Origin: a virus
Taxonomy: Duplodnaviria; Caudoviricetes
DNA: 27,686 nt
Direction: 5' to 3' (one strand)
Virus record (IMG/VR): IMGVR_UViG_3300033067_000424
Coordinates: 1-27,686 of that record
This document shows, piece by piece, positions 7,175-15,338 of the stretch. How positions within the stretch are numbered: the first letter of the stretch is position 1; the number at the start of each line of letters is the position of its first letter. A program made the translations under genes and the position numbers. The notes beneath the pieces were generated by a model. That model worked only from the letters and a program-made list of their open reading frames with translations. It was not told the DNA's origin and did no database searches.

Positions 7175-7653
7175 CGCCGCTCAGACTCCAGCGTGTCGAT
7201 GCACAGATTGAGCTTCAGCACTACGGCATCGGCGCGACTGGCTTCTGACTTGAGAAATCGAGCAAGCGTGTCAGAAAGTTCGGTTCCTCCCGAGTTAGCT
7301 GCGATGGTATTGGCGGCAGCTTGGGAGGTTCCACCACTACAGGCTTCGGGCTTGGTGAAGGGGTCGCGCAGGCGGACAGCATCAGCAGTAAGCAAGGCAG
7401 TGTGATTCGCATCTAGCGTCCTTTGGTATTTGGTTTGCGCGTCACTAAAGGCGCTCTGCCACCTTCGCTCTTGCGCACGGTCTTTCGCAGATAGCCCCCT
7501 TTCCGCGATACGCGCTTCTTCGGAGGCTTGAAGGTCGCGGGCGGCGTACTCGCTTCGCGTGATCGCATCGCCATCCGTTCTTCCCTTGACGTAGGCACCG
7601 CCGCACGCAAGAAGGAAAACAACCGCTCCGCCCAAGTAGACATAGGGGTTCAT
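7171..7653 (-). CDS. Rz: Rz-like inner-membrane spanin
   Basis: N-terminal transmembrane segment, periplasmic helices and a C-terminal RADAVVLKLNLC motif; last gene of the lysis cassette. Confidence 0.88.
   Translation of the reverse strand: MNPYVYLGGAVVFLLACGGAYVKGRTDGDAITRSEYAARDLQASEEARIAERGLSAKDRAQERRWQSAFSDAQTKYQRTLDANHTALLTADAVRLRDPFTKPEACSGGTSQAAANTIAANSGGTELSDTLARFLKSEASRADAVVLKLNLCIDTLESERR
7221..7412 (-). CDS. Rz1: Rz1-like outer-membrane lipoprotein spanin, fully embedded in Rz
   Basis: Signal peptide with lipobox LSAC and a Pro-rich mature part, in an alternative frame inside Rz. Confidence 0.88.
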   Translation of the reverse strand: MRITLPCLLLMLSACATPSPSPKPVVVEPPKLPPIPSQLTREEPNFLTRLLDFSSQKPVAPMP

Positions 7654-7656
7654 CCC

Positions 7657-7681
7657 ATTAAAGGGCGGCTATTAACCGCCC
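7657..7681 (-). terminator. Probable leaky intrinsic terminator after the Gp49-family gene
   Basis: On the minus strand GGGCGGTT-AAT-AGCCGCCC is followed by TTTAAT. Confidence 0.55.
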
Positions 7682-7688
7682 ATCCCTT

Positions 7689-8018
7689 TTAGTTGGCTTC
7701 CTTCACTGCGGCATGGCCCATCCTGCGTTCTGCAAGCAAGTAGCCTTCAAGCGGCCATATCTTGTCAAAAGCCTGCTTGTACGCAAGCCCCTTGCCAATC
7801 TCAACATTGAAGTTTCGCGGATCAACGCAGGCGGATTCACCGCGAACACTGTATCCATTATCCAATGTGATGTTGCACAAGGTAACAGTCGAATCTGGCA
7901 ACACGATGTAATCAACCTTGGCAATTTTTGCCTCAATTGAATCCTTCGTTACCTTCGGGTACGGCTGTGCTGCAATTGCTTTATCAAGGCTTTCGCCTGC
8001 GAGTTTAGGTGCTTCCAT
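7689..8018 (-). CDS. Phage_gp49_66 (Gp49) family protein; probable Acb4-like anti-CBASS nucleotide sponge
   Basis: Signature TLCNITLDNGYSVRGESACVDPRNFNVEIGKGLAY..AFDKIWPLEGYLL; SD AAGGAG. The family call is confident; the Acb4 link is from recall. Confidence 0.85.
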   Translation of the reverse strand: MEAPKLAGESLDKAIAAQPYPKVTKDSIEAKIAKVDYIVLPDSTVTLCNITLDNGYSVRGESACVDPRNFNVEIGKGLAYKQAFDKIWPLEGYLLAERRMGHAAVKEAN

Positions 8019-8065
8019 TTTGATACTCCTTGGTTATTCCATGATTCCGTCATGGCGCGGTAATG

Positions 8066-8479
8066 TCATCCTTCCCTCATAGCCTTGGCTAGCCTGACAG
8101 CCCTGTCGCCAACCTGCTGCGCCCATTTCGACGCAAGCATCTGATTGGCAGCTTCGTCAAACTTGCCTTCATGGATCGCGCCTAGCATGTTGACGAACCC
8201 GGAGAGGCGGGTGACGCCCATGTTGAAGCACATATTGACCAATACCGCCTTGCGGGCATCGGATAGATGGTCGAAGGACAGCACGATTGACCGAGCGCCC
8301 TTGTCAGCCCGCGCTATGTCGTTCTTGAGCATGAGCGCAATCTCGTCATCCGACACGCCAACATCGTCAAGGTTACGCCCTACGCCAATCGTCCACTTGC
8401 CAACGGTATCCCGATAGGGCTTGTTGCGCACGCCCTCATCTATGGGCAACTGCTGCTGGCATATGTCAAGGTAACTCAC
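8066..8479 (-). CDS. Endolysin, T4-lysozyme-like muramidase (GH24)
   Basis: E-x8-D-x5-T triad in DEGVRNKPYRDTVGKWTIGVGRNL, plus NMCFNMG and SKWAQQVGDRA. Confidence 0.95.
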   Translation of the reverse strand: MSYLDICQQQLPIDEGVRNKPYRDTVGKWTIGVGRNLDDVGVSDDEIALMLKNDIARADKGARSIVLSFDHLSDARKAVLVNMCFNMGVTRLSGFVNMLGAIHEGKFDEAANQMLASKWAQQVGDRAVRLAKAMREG

Positions 8480-8808
8480 TTCCCGGCTTCCCGCTGCTCC
8501 TGAGTCCAGACTTCTTTGCTGCCCTTATTCAGCACGCTGTCAGCGGATAGGCCCATGAATATCCCAAGGGATACGACAGTGCCTATCTTGCTGATTTCGT
8601 CCAGCGAGCCGGTCGAGATAAAACCAAACATGCCAGTCATGTTGCCGATGATTGCGGCCACCGTCTGCCGAGGATTTGCTGTTACCCACTGATAGCCCTC
8701 AGACCATTTCTTGATGGCATGAAGTAATTGCCCTATACCTGCGCATGCACAGAATACAACAGCATTGAGGATTGATGGGTCTTTCAGTGCCAATTGAATG
8801 GATTGCAT
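8476..8808 (-). CDS. Putative holin (2-3 transmembrane segments)
   Basis: Hydrophobic segments and a charged C-terminal tail; overlaps the endolysin start; SD GGGAGG. Confidence 0.65.
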   Translation of the reverse strand: MQSIQLALKDPSILNAVVFCACAGIGQLLHAIKKWSEGYQWVTANPRQTVAAIIGNMTGMFGFISTGSLDEISKIGTVVSLGIFMGLSADSVLNKGSKEVWTQEQREAGK

Positions 8809-8816
8809 GTGCCTCC

Positions 8817-9050
8817 CTATTTAGGCAGATAAAACAGCAGCGAAATAACCTTTGATACCATCGCCCCGCAAGCGCCTGCCAAGCCGGACATGACAATCAG
8901 AACCTTCCATCCGCCTTTGGTCTGATTGATATGCTCCAAAATCTTCTCAACGTTGCCGTCAATCTTTTCAACGCGCTTTTGCAATGACTCAATCAAGCCA
9001 TCATGCTTCCCTAGCGTCTGATGCACCTGCTCGTCCATTGGCAACTCCAT
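8817..9050 (-). CDS. Small membrane protein, coiled coil plus C-terminal TM (XhlA/holin-like)
   Basis: IESLQKRVEKIDGNVEKILE followed by KGGWKVLIVMSGLAG; first gene of the lysis cassette. Confidence 0.7.
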   Translation of the reverse strand: MELPMDEQVHQTLGKHDGLIESLQKRVEKIDGNVEKILEHINQTKGGWKVLIVMSGLAGACGAMVSKVISLLFYLPK

Positions 9051-9106
9051 TTTTCTTTTCCTTATGTTACATCATTTACAATAATTGGCATGTAGGGAAA
9101 TCTTGA

Positions 9107-9259
9107 CTATTCGGTCTTAGAATTCAGAGCTTTTGTCAGGGCTTGGTTAGCGCACTTTAGAGAGGCGATTTGCACCGCCATTTCAGCGATTTGCTGGCTC
9201 AAAGCCGCTATTACGTCCGTTGCCTGAACTTCTATGCTGCCGTTATTACCGCCGTCCAT
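9107..9259 (-). CDS. 50-aa coiled-coil peptide downstream of the tail fibre (not in the ORF track)
   Basis: Hand translation MDGGNNGSIEVQATDVIAALSQQIAEMAVQIASLKCANQALTKALNSKTE; SD GGGGGA; overlaps the fibre 3' end. Confidence 0.65.
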   Translation of the reverse strand: MDGGNNGSIEVQATDVIAALSQQIAEMAVQIASLKCANQALTKALNSKTE

Positions 9260-10350
9260 GTAGTTCCCCCGTCAGTGTTGATATATCCGCGATTATTGGT
9301 TGTTGATCCATCCATCCTTGCGTAATACGTGCCTTTTCGAGCGCCACAGGTCGGAACGCCGGAACCGGCAATAAATCCCGGACCGTCTGAATATAGGTAA
9401 ATTCCTTGGCCGGTTGCGCCGCCCGATGGAGTTGATGTCCCATAATATGAAGATATTCCAGTAGATACTGCAAGGCTGCCTGTCAATACACATCCAGTCC
9501 CTTGCACAGACCAGACAACAGAATTGTTGATGCAAGTATTAACTTGACCACCAGTAGCAGCGTTTAAGTTCATTGCGCTTGCATCGTTTTTGATCAAAAT
9601 TGCATAGTTGGACGTGGTTAGAGTCAAGTTTTCGGCCCCTATTCCACCCCATCCACTTACAAGACCGTTGACGATCTTAATACCCGCATTTGTGGTAGTT
9701 CCGTTGCCGGTAGATACGCTGTTATCCTGCGGCAGCACGTCCCAAGATGCATCAGCAGTCGGCCCTGTCGCAAGCCATACGGAGTTGTTTGCATAGGTCA
9801 GCAATGTCTGGTTGTCAGACCCATAGCCGCCTACGTTATGAACGCCCCAAACGGAATTCCAAGTGCCGTTCCACGTATTAGCACCACCTACAAACCGGAC
9901 AAAATTACCGATCATCTGAGTAACGCTGTTATCGCTCAGTTTTGCGCCAAACGTGACTGCCGCCTCATCGTCCTTATCATCCTGATAGATGGCAAATAGC
10001 GCATGTCTGCCCGCAACAAAGTTGTCAATCTCAATCTGAGCGTCTGTCCGGAACACGGCTGACAGGTTACGACCAGAGACAATCATGCCGCTTTGTCCGG
10101 TGACAAGTTTGCTCGTAAGTAGGTTTCCGTTTGAATCAACCTGAAGATTCCCGCCGCCAACCGTTATGCCTTGCGTAAAAGGTACAGAGGCAGTCGTTGT
10201 TGACTGCCCATCCTTATAAACCGCATTCGACAGCGCTACCGCAACATCAGCAGTAAAGGCATTGAAAACAGAAGCTGAAATAACCGTGTTTGAAACAACC
10301 GGCTGACCAGTGCTGTTGACATTGAAAATTCCAGAACCGTTAAGGCTCAT
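9232..10350 (-). CDS. Tail fibre / receptor-binding protein
   Basis: N-terminal anchor MSLNGSGIFN..GQPVVSNTVISAS.FNA..D.A.ALS...KDGQ, a Gly/Thr/Asn-rich body and C-terminal GSGVPT..ARKGTYY.R.DG...YINTDGGTTW. Confidence 0.85.
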   Translation of the reverse strand: MSLNGSGIFNVNSTGQPVVSNTVISASVFNAFTADVAVALSNAVYKDGQSTTTASVPFTQGITVGGGNLQVDSNGNLLTSKLVTGQSGMIVSGRNLSAVFRTDAQIEIDNFVAGRHALFAIYQDDKDDEAAVTFGAKLSDNSVTQMIGNFVRFVGGANTWNGTWNSVWGVHNVGGYGSDNQTLLTYANNSVWLATGPTADASWDVLPQDNSVSTGNGTTTNAGIKIVNGLVSGWGGIGAENLTLTTSNYAILIKNDASAMNLNAATGGQVNTCINNSVVWSVQGTGCVLTGSLAVSTGISSYYGTSTPSGGATGQGIYLYSDGPGFIAGSGVPTCGARKGTYYARMDGSTTNNRGYINTDGGTTWTAVITAA

Positions 10351-12437
10351 TTCGAGGCTCCTTGTACTGCTGCATTGGTTATTCCAGTCGAAATGCCATG
10401 CTTTATCAAGGCATCAACAATAGCTGATCTTTGCGCCGGAGTCGCTGCTTGCATTAGCCTAGCTACTTCCTGCGGGTTATCCATGTACTTCGCCATTTCT
10501 CCGAGTGTCTTGTTTGTTGCATGCCCACTGATAGCATTGATGACGGCGCGAGTAGCATTGATTTTCGGGTTAAGAATCCCCGCTGATCCAATCTTAGGGG
10601 TATCTATGTTGATGCGCTCTGAGGCTGATTTCATGCCAGCCCTAGCTGATTGAGCGTATTTTTCATCCCTAACAAGGCTTTCAGTTACCGCATCTATTGC
10701 CGATTGCTGCTGTGCATTGGTTACAGGGTTCTTGGGGTTCTTTACAGCAGAAGCAAATGCCTTTGGCCTCTCAACAGTACCAAGAGAATCAGACAGCGCA
10801 TTCCTGATAGCAGCACCAGACCGCGCATTGTCAATTGGTCCGCTCAACTCAGAATACCTTTTGAGGTAGTCGCTCCAGCCAGTCCCACCAGCGCCCTCAA
10901 TAGCTTTGTCTATGTCATCCTTAATCGAAGTGAGTAATCCAGCAGCCCTACGCTTAGTTGATGCATCAGCATCTTTTGTAAGGTTTTCAACTATGTCGCC
11001 AATTTCCGTCTTGCGAATGTTGTAAAGAGTTCTGGAGTCGATAACCCCATCAGCATTGGCAAGAGAGTCAATTTTGTCTTTTACCGCGCCAAGCACCTTT
11101 GCATTGAGGCTAATACCCTTGTTCTCAGGGTTGTTTATCAATGCATCAATCGCATTTGAAATAGGCTTTGTCTCCAACGGATAGTGCCCATGTGCGGCAA
11201 GGCTATCCAGTTGGTATTGAGTCAGGCCAGCTTGGGCTTTGCGGTTAGCTAGTATTTCTGCGGTATCCGCTACCGCTGATTTCGCTTCTGCGGCTCGATC
11301 AGCGTTACTTATAAATCCCGGCTTGCCTTGGGCTGCTCTATTTGCAGATTGAGCGCCAAAGGATTGAAATTTCCCTGTGTCCTGCAATGCGCTAACAACC
11401 GCCTCTTGCTGACCAGACAACCGCCCCTGCAACTCAGGAGCCTTCACACCGGCCAGATTGGCGTTTGCAAGTGCCGCATCCCTGATAGGCTTGGTTTCCG
11501 CATCCCGCAGTACCCGTTGCAGACCCAACGAATTCACGTCGCCCGCAAACCTGTCAAGCAGAGCCCCCCTTGCAGCCTCATTCCTTGCGCCAATTCCGGC
11601 TATAGGATCAAGGTACTTTTCAGGAGCCTTTGCGTTAATTATTTCCTGCAACGCCGAAAATTGGGGACTTCCGCCTTCTAGCGCGGCTTGCCCTGCCGTC
11701 AGCCTCTCTCCGGGAACGCGGCTTTTTGCATTAAGCATGGCATCAATGACCGCCTGCCTTTGGTCGCCCGCCACGTCATTGAACAGCCTCCCAACACGCC
11801 CTTCCATTGGTCCTGCAATGTTCCTTGCTATTTTGCCCGCGCCGGTAAGTCCTGCAATTACTCCAGGCACTGCAACATTCATTGCCGCACCAGTCACCAT
11901 AGGCGCAATCGGATCGCCATTGTCAGACAGAAAGCCAAGGATGCTACCCGTTTGCGCACCGGAGAGCGCGTTCTTGCCAATTGCCTTAGCTCCTTCAGCA
12001 ATGCCATTCCCAAGCACTTTGGAATAGGGCAACTGCTTTGCCACAGCCCCACCAATCGCCCAAGCTGCAGGGTCCGCTATCTCGCCAACAGTCTTAAGTA
12101 CGCTATCGCCTTCTGTCGGAGGTAATATTCTATTGCCAAGATTTGAGCGATTGTCTAATGACCTATCCCTTACCAAGTCATAGGCATCAGATGCACGGTT
12201 CAGCGCCCCGCGAGTAACGCTAGTCGCACCCGTCAGCAGGTCAGCAACACCCCTAGCAGTCTCAGGGAACGCGCTGATAATCCTCCCCGAGAGCGTTTCC
12301 TTGTTGATGTTACGAGCGCCTTGGGATATTGGGTCGTTGTCAATGTGAGTGACATTAGCCCAGTGCCACGCAGTATTGGCATCCGGAGCATCAACCTCGT
12401 ATGTTTTTCCCCCAACGTCTACATCATACTTGGGCAT
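10347..12437 (-). CDS. Large DNA ejection (internal virion) protein
   Basis: Ala/Gly-rich helical protein, third of three in the ejection position; start MPKYDVDVGGKTYEVDAPD at 12437. Confidence 0.7.
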   Translation of the reverse strand: MPKYDVDVGGKTYEVDAPDANTAWHWANVTHIDNDPISQGARNINKETLSGRIISAFPETARGVADLLTGATSVTRGALNRASDAYDLVRDRSLDNRSNLGNRILPPTEGDSVLKTVGEIADPAAWAIGGAVAKQLPYSKVLGNGIAEGAKAIGKNALSGAQTGSILGFLSDNGDPIAPMVTGAAMNVAVPGVIAGLTGAGKIARNIAGPMEGRVGRLFNDVAGDQRQAVIDAMLNAKSRVPGERLTAGQAALEGGSPQFSALQEIINAKAPEKYLDPIAGIGARNEAARGALLDRFAGDVNSLGLQRVLRDAETKPIRDAALANANLAGVKAPELQGRLSGQQEAVVSALQDTGKFQSFGAQSANRAAQGKPGFISNADRAAEAKSAVADTAEILANRKAQAGLTQYQLDSLAAHGHYPLETKPISNAIDALINNPENKGISLNAKVLGAVKDKIDSLANADGVIDSRTLYNIRKTEIGDIVENLTKDADASTKRRAAGLLTSIKDDIDKAIEGAGGTGWSDYLKRYSELSGPIDNARSGAAIRNALSDSLGTVERPKAFASAVKNPKNPVTNAQQQSAIDAVTESLVRDEKYAQSARAGMKSASERINIDTPKIGSAGILNPKINATRAVINAISGHATNKTLGEMAKYMDNPQEVARLMQAATPAQRSAIVDALIKHGISTGITNAAVQGASK

Positions 12438-12438
12438 G

Positions 12439-13821
12439 TTATTTCTTCTCGCGCACAGCGCCCGCAGGCGGAGCGCCAAAAGCACCTTGTGAGGACGTAG
12501 AACCTACAGCAGCAGGTTGGTTTTTGTATCCAGATACGTCCATTGGATCAAGCCCGTAATTGCTATGTATGGTATCTACGTTCATTTTTCTCAAATTAAC
12601 AGCACGCTCGTTTATCCTTTGAATCTCACCAAGCCTTTGCTTGACAAAGGCAGTATCCCTGCTATTGCCCATCAACTCATTCCAAGCGCGTGTAGCATCC
12701 CCTTCAGTCTGCACACCTTTATTCAGCCTCAACGAATCATTGCGCAACTTTTCAAGGGTTGCTTGATACGAACCCAAGTTCCTCGACTGTTCTGTGCTGT
12801 TATTGGTGTTATTTCTGACCCATGCTGCGGCATTATTCATCAATGACGGTGAAAGTTTGCCTTCATCAATCTGCTTTTCAAGCGCGCCAAGATCAGCGTT
12901 TATTGATGCCCCTGTGCCAATGGCATCAAGTTCCTCCTGCCTTAATTTCAGAGCCTGAGTTGGCAATTGCCCATTGCCGTTCTTTCCACTGCGAGCCGGT
13001 TTAACTGGATTACCTGCCGAGTCCACGACTGGAGTTGCTACGTTTCCGGGGCCAAGGGTCATTGGTCCGTTTTCGCTTTGAATTACTTGAGGCTGCCTAA
13101 AAGCGGCCACCATCCCGCGCAACTCTTTTCTAGCGGTTTCTGCCTGCGCTTGCAACTCACGACGCAAATCAGCCGCCCGAGCATCCGCTTCAGCCCTAGA
13201 AATACGCCCTTCCCTCGCCTGCATTTCTATGGCGTCAAGCCTATTTTGTCCTTGGGCTTTGATGTCGAACTGACGTTGCTCCGCCCGAGCAGCAATATCC
13301 GCAGCATGCTGCCTAGCCGCTATGTCAGCCGCATTCTTCTGTGTTTGCTGCTGTGCCAATATTGCAGAATACCGCTGTGCCGCAGGCAGATTAGACGACA
13401 AGGCATCAGCAATGGCCTTATTCATGTCCCCCGCCACCGCAGGCTGTTCCGGCCTAGCAGGGCCAGCCACGCCCTCTGGCATGACCTCTGCGGGCACTGC
13501 GGGCGTCCCATAGGCCGTCTTGGCATAGCCCGCTAAGGCATCGGCTACCCTTGACTGGTTTGATCCAATCAGGTCAGCCATTTTGGCATTGGTTTCGTCG
13601 CCCATCTGCTTGCCAACGTAGGCTTGCCCAAGCTTCGCCAGCCCTTCAAACATGCTTGGGGCGACCATGTACCGGCCTGCGCTCCTAGCGCCTCCCAATG
13701 GCGTCATAGCCTGCTTTGAAAGGGCATCGGCAATAGCCTGTTCCCGAGACAGCCCCCTAGCCTGCGCCGCCACCTCTGGAGGAAGCCCGCTTTGGAGCAG
13801 GCCGTAGATATCGTCTGCCAT
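12439..13821 (-). CDS. DNA ejection (internal virion) protein
   Basis: Ala/Gln-rich helical protein; position between the first and third ejection genes. Confidence 0.7.
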   Translation of the reverse strand: MADDIYGLLQSGLPPEVAAQARGLSREQAIADALSKQAMTPLGGARSAGRYMVAPSMFEGLAKLGQAYVGKQMGDETNAKMADLIGSNQSRVADALAGYAKTAYGTPAVPAEVMPEGVAGPARPEQPAVAGDMNKAIADALSSNLPAAQRYSAILAQQQTQKNAADIAARQHAADIAARAEQRQFDIKAQGQNRLDAIEMQAREGRISRAEADARAADLRRELQAQAETARKELRGMVAAFRQPQVIQSENGPMTLGPGNVATPVVDSAGNPVKPARSGKNGNGQLPTQALKLRQEELDAIGTGASINADLGALEKQIDEGKLSPSLMNNAAAWVRNNTNNSTEQSRNLGSYQATLEKLRNDSLRLNKGVQTEGDATRAWNELMGNSRDTAFVKQRLGEIQRINERAVNLRKMNVDTIHSNYGLDPMDVSGYKNQPAAVGSTSSQGAFGAPPAGAVREKK

Positions 13822-13822
13822 G

Positions 13823-14842
13823 TCAGATCATCCCGTAATTGACTTGGAGATAACCATCAGGATGCGTAGTGACCGCTTCCGGCATCACTTCAGCCAATTC
13901 TTGAGCCATGACCCCGACATCCCGACGACCAAAAATGTCGTAGGCATAGATGCCAATGCCAAGCGGATGTTCGCCAATGCGAACAATATTCGACTTCAGC
14001 CGGATATCCGAGGCCATTATTCCAGCCGATCCAAGGCTAAACAGACCATTCATCAGTCCTGCCTGAGATTGCGCCTGCGCATTAAATGCATCCGCACCAG
14101 CGCCATACTGGGCCTGAGCAGCACCAAATACAGGGGCAGGCGCTACATTCGTATTCTGCGCCGCACCGGGCACAGCAAACGGATTGCTAACCTGAGAACC
14201 GGACATTAAAGCGTTAATCTCATTCAGAGGCGTTTGACGCTGTGTAAGAAGCTCCGCAATGGCATCCTTCCGACGCTGAGAATCGGTGTTAAATGCCTGT
14301 GTCGTTTGCGTACTGGCATTGCCAATGGCGACGTTCTTCGCGTCATTTACGCCGCGCTGGATTAGGTTCATGGCATCCTGATACGCTTTTGTTCCGGGGG
14401 TAATTCCAGCCGCAATCAATTCCGAATTCTTGCGGTCCATCGCGTTACCGGCATCCTCATTGACGCGAGCCATTTGCGCATCAATGACGGAATTTCTGGT
14501 AGCGTCATATGATCCCGGCATGGTCGGGGCACCAGAAAGGTCAACATTCTTTCCCACAACGCTTTGCAATGCCCCGGCACCTTGAATGCCTAAATCCCCA
14601 AGCAAACCCTTGGTCTGTACGGACTTGTCATACAAAGACTGTTGCTGTGGGGAAAGGGTCTGTACTAATGTCGGACGATCCCCCGGATTTGCGCCCTCAG
14701 TCCATGTCTGCGTCCCATTGGGATTGATAACATTAGGATTGTTAAGGTTTGAGGATGCAATTGCAGCCTCTTTGTTTGCTGCACCTTGGGCGGTAGCAGC
14801 ACCCGCATAATCAGGGGCGGGCGGTGGCGAGGGGGCGCACAT
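13823..14842 (-). CDS. Ejection/pilot protein with a C-terminal Peptidase S74-like domain
   Basis: N-terminal PSPPPAPDYAGAA; C-terminal SDIRLKSNI...GVMAQEL.EVMPEAV...DGYLQVNY; ATG at 14842 behind GGAG. Confidence 0.8.
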   Translation of the reverse strand: MCAPSPPPAPDYAGAATAQGAANKEAAIASSNLNNPNVINPNGTQTWTEGANPGDRPTLVQTLSPQQQSLYDKSVQTKGLLGDLGIQGAGALQSVVGKNVDLSGAPTMPGSYDATRNSVIDAQMARVNEDAGNAMDRKNSELIAAGITPGTKAYQDAMNLIQRGVNDAKNVAIGNASTQTTQAFNTDSQRRKDAIAELLTQRQTPLNEINALMSGSQVSNPFAVPGAAQNTNVAPAPVFGAAQAQYGAGADAFNAQAQSQAGLMNGLFSLGSAGIMASDIRLKSNIVRIGEHPLGIGIYAYDIFGRRDVGVMAQELAEVMPEAVTTHPDGYLQVNYGMI

Positions 14843-15338
14843 TAGACGGTTCTCCGACAACTGGTTGATGAATTGGGCTGTCGGCCCGCACTAATTTCTT
14901 GCTATATTGCTTAGAAACTACTGCAAAGTCAAGGTATTCAAGAATCTTTCCAGCCCCATTGGCAAGCTTGGCAGTCATTATCATTTCCACCGCCCCACGG
15001 GCCATGCATTCGGCCTCAACGTACTTGTAAAACCTGATGGCATTTCTGCCTTTTCGGACTTCAGGGGCCAAATACCAAGTATCCTCAGTGGCAATCATCT
15101 GCTGCGTATGCATCGAAGGGACAAGGTACATGATCGAATATCCGACCATCTTCCCATCTGATCTGGCAATGAACATTATTAGCCAGCCCGCTCGGGCATA
15201 GGCATCATATCGCTCAAGCGACGGCAGGAAAGGTTGCCCATGCCGGTATTCCTCAGTTTCCATCCAATGTGCTTTGGCAAGGTCAAGCATTTCATGCCAA
15301 GACTGCGCTAAAGACTCAATGGAAAACTGCAAACTCAC
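14811..15338 (-). CDS. GNAT-family acetyltransferase
   Basis: ARSDGKMVGY and DTWYLAPEVRKG (acetyl-CoA motif A), EAECMARGA. Confidence 0.82.
   Translation of the reverse strand: MSLQFSIESLAQSWHEMLDLAKAHWMETEEYRHGQPFLPSLERYDAYARAGWLIMFIARSDGKMVGYSIMYLVPSMHTQQMIATEDTWYLAPEVRKGRNAIRFYKYVEAECMARGAVEMIMTAKLANGAGKILEYLDFAVVSKQYSKKLVRADSPIHQPVVGEPSNVRPLATARP

Noticed and set aside
9061-10350. Diversity-generating retroelement at the tail fibre, as in BPP-1
   Set aside because: No reverse transcriptase and no template/variable repeat pair seen in the window.
11328-13536. + strand ORFs of 109-189 aa opposite the ejection genes
   Set aside because: Antisense to a tightly coupled operon and without protein-like motifs.
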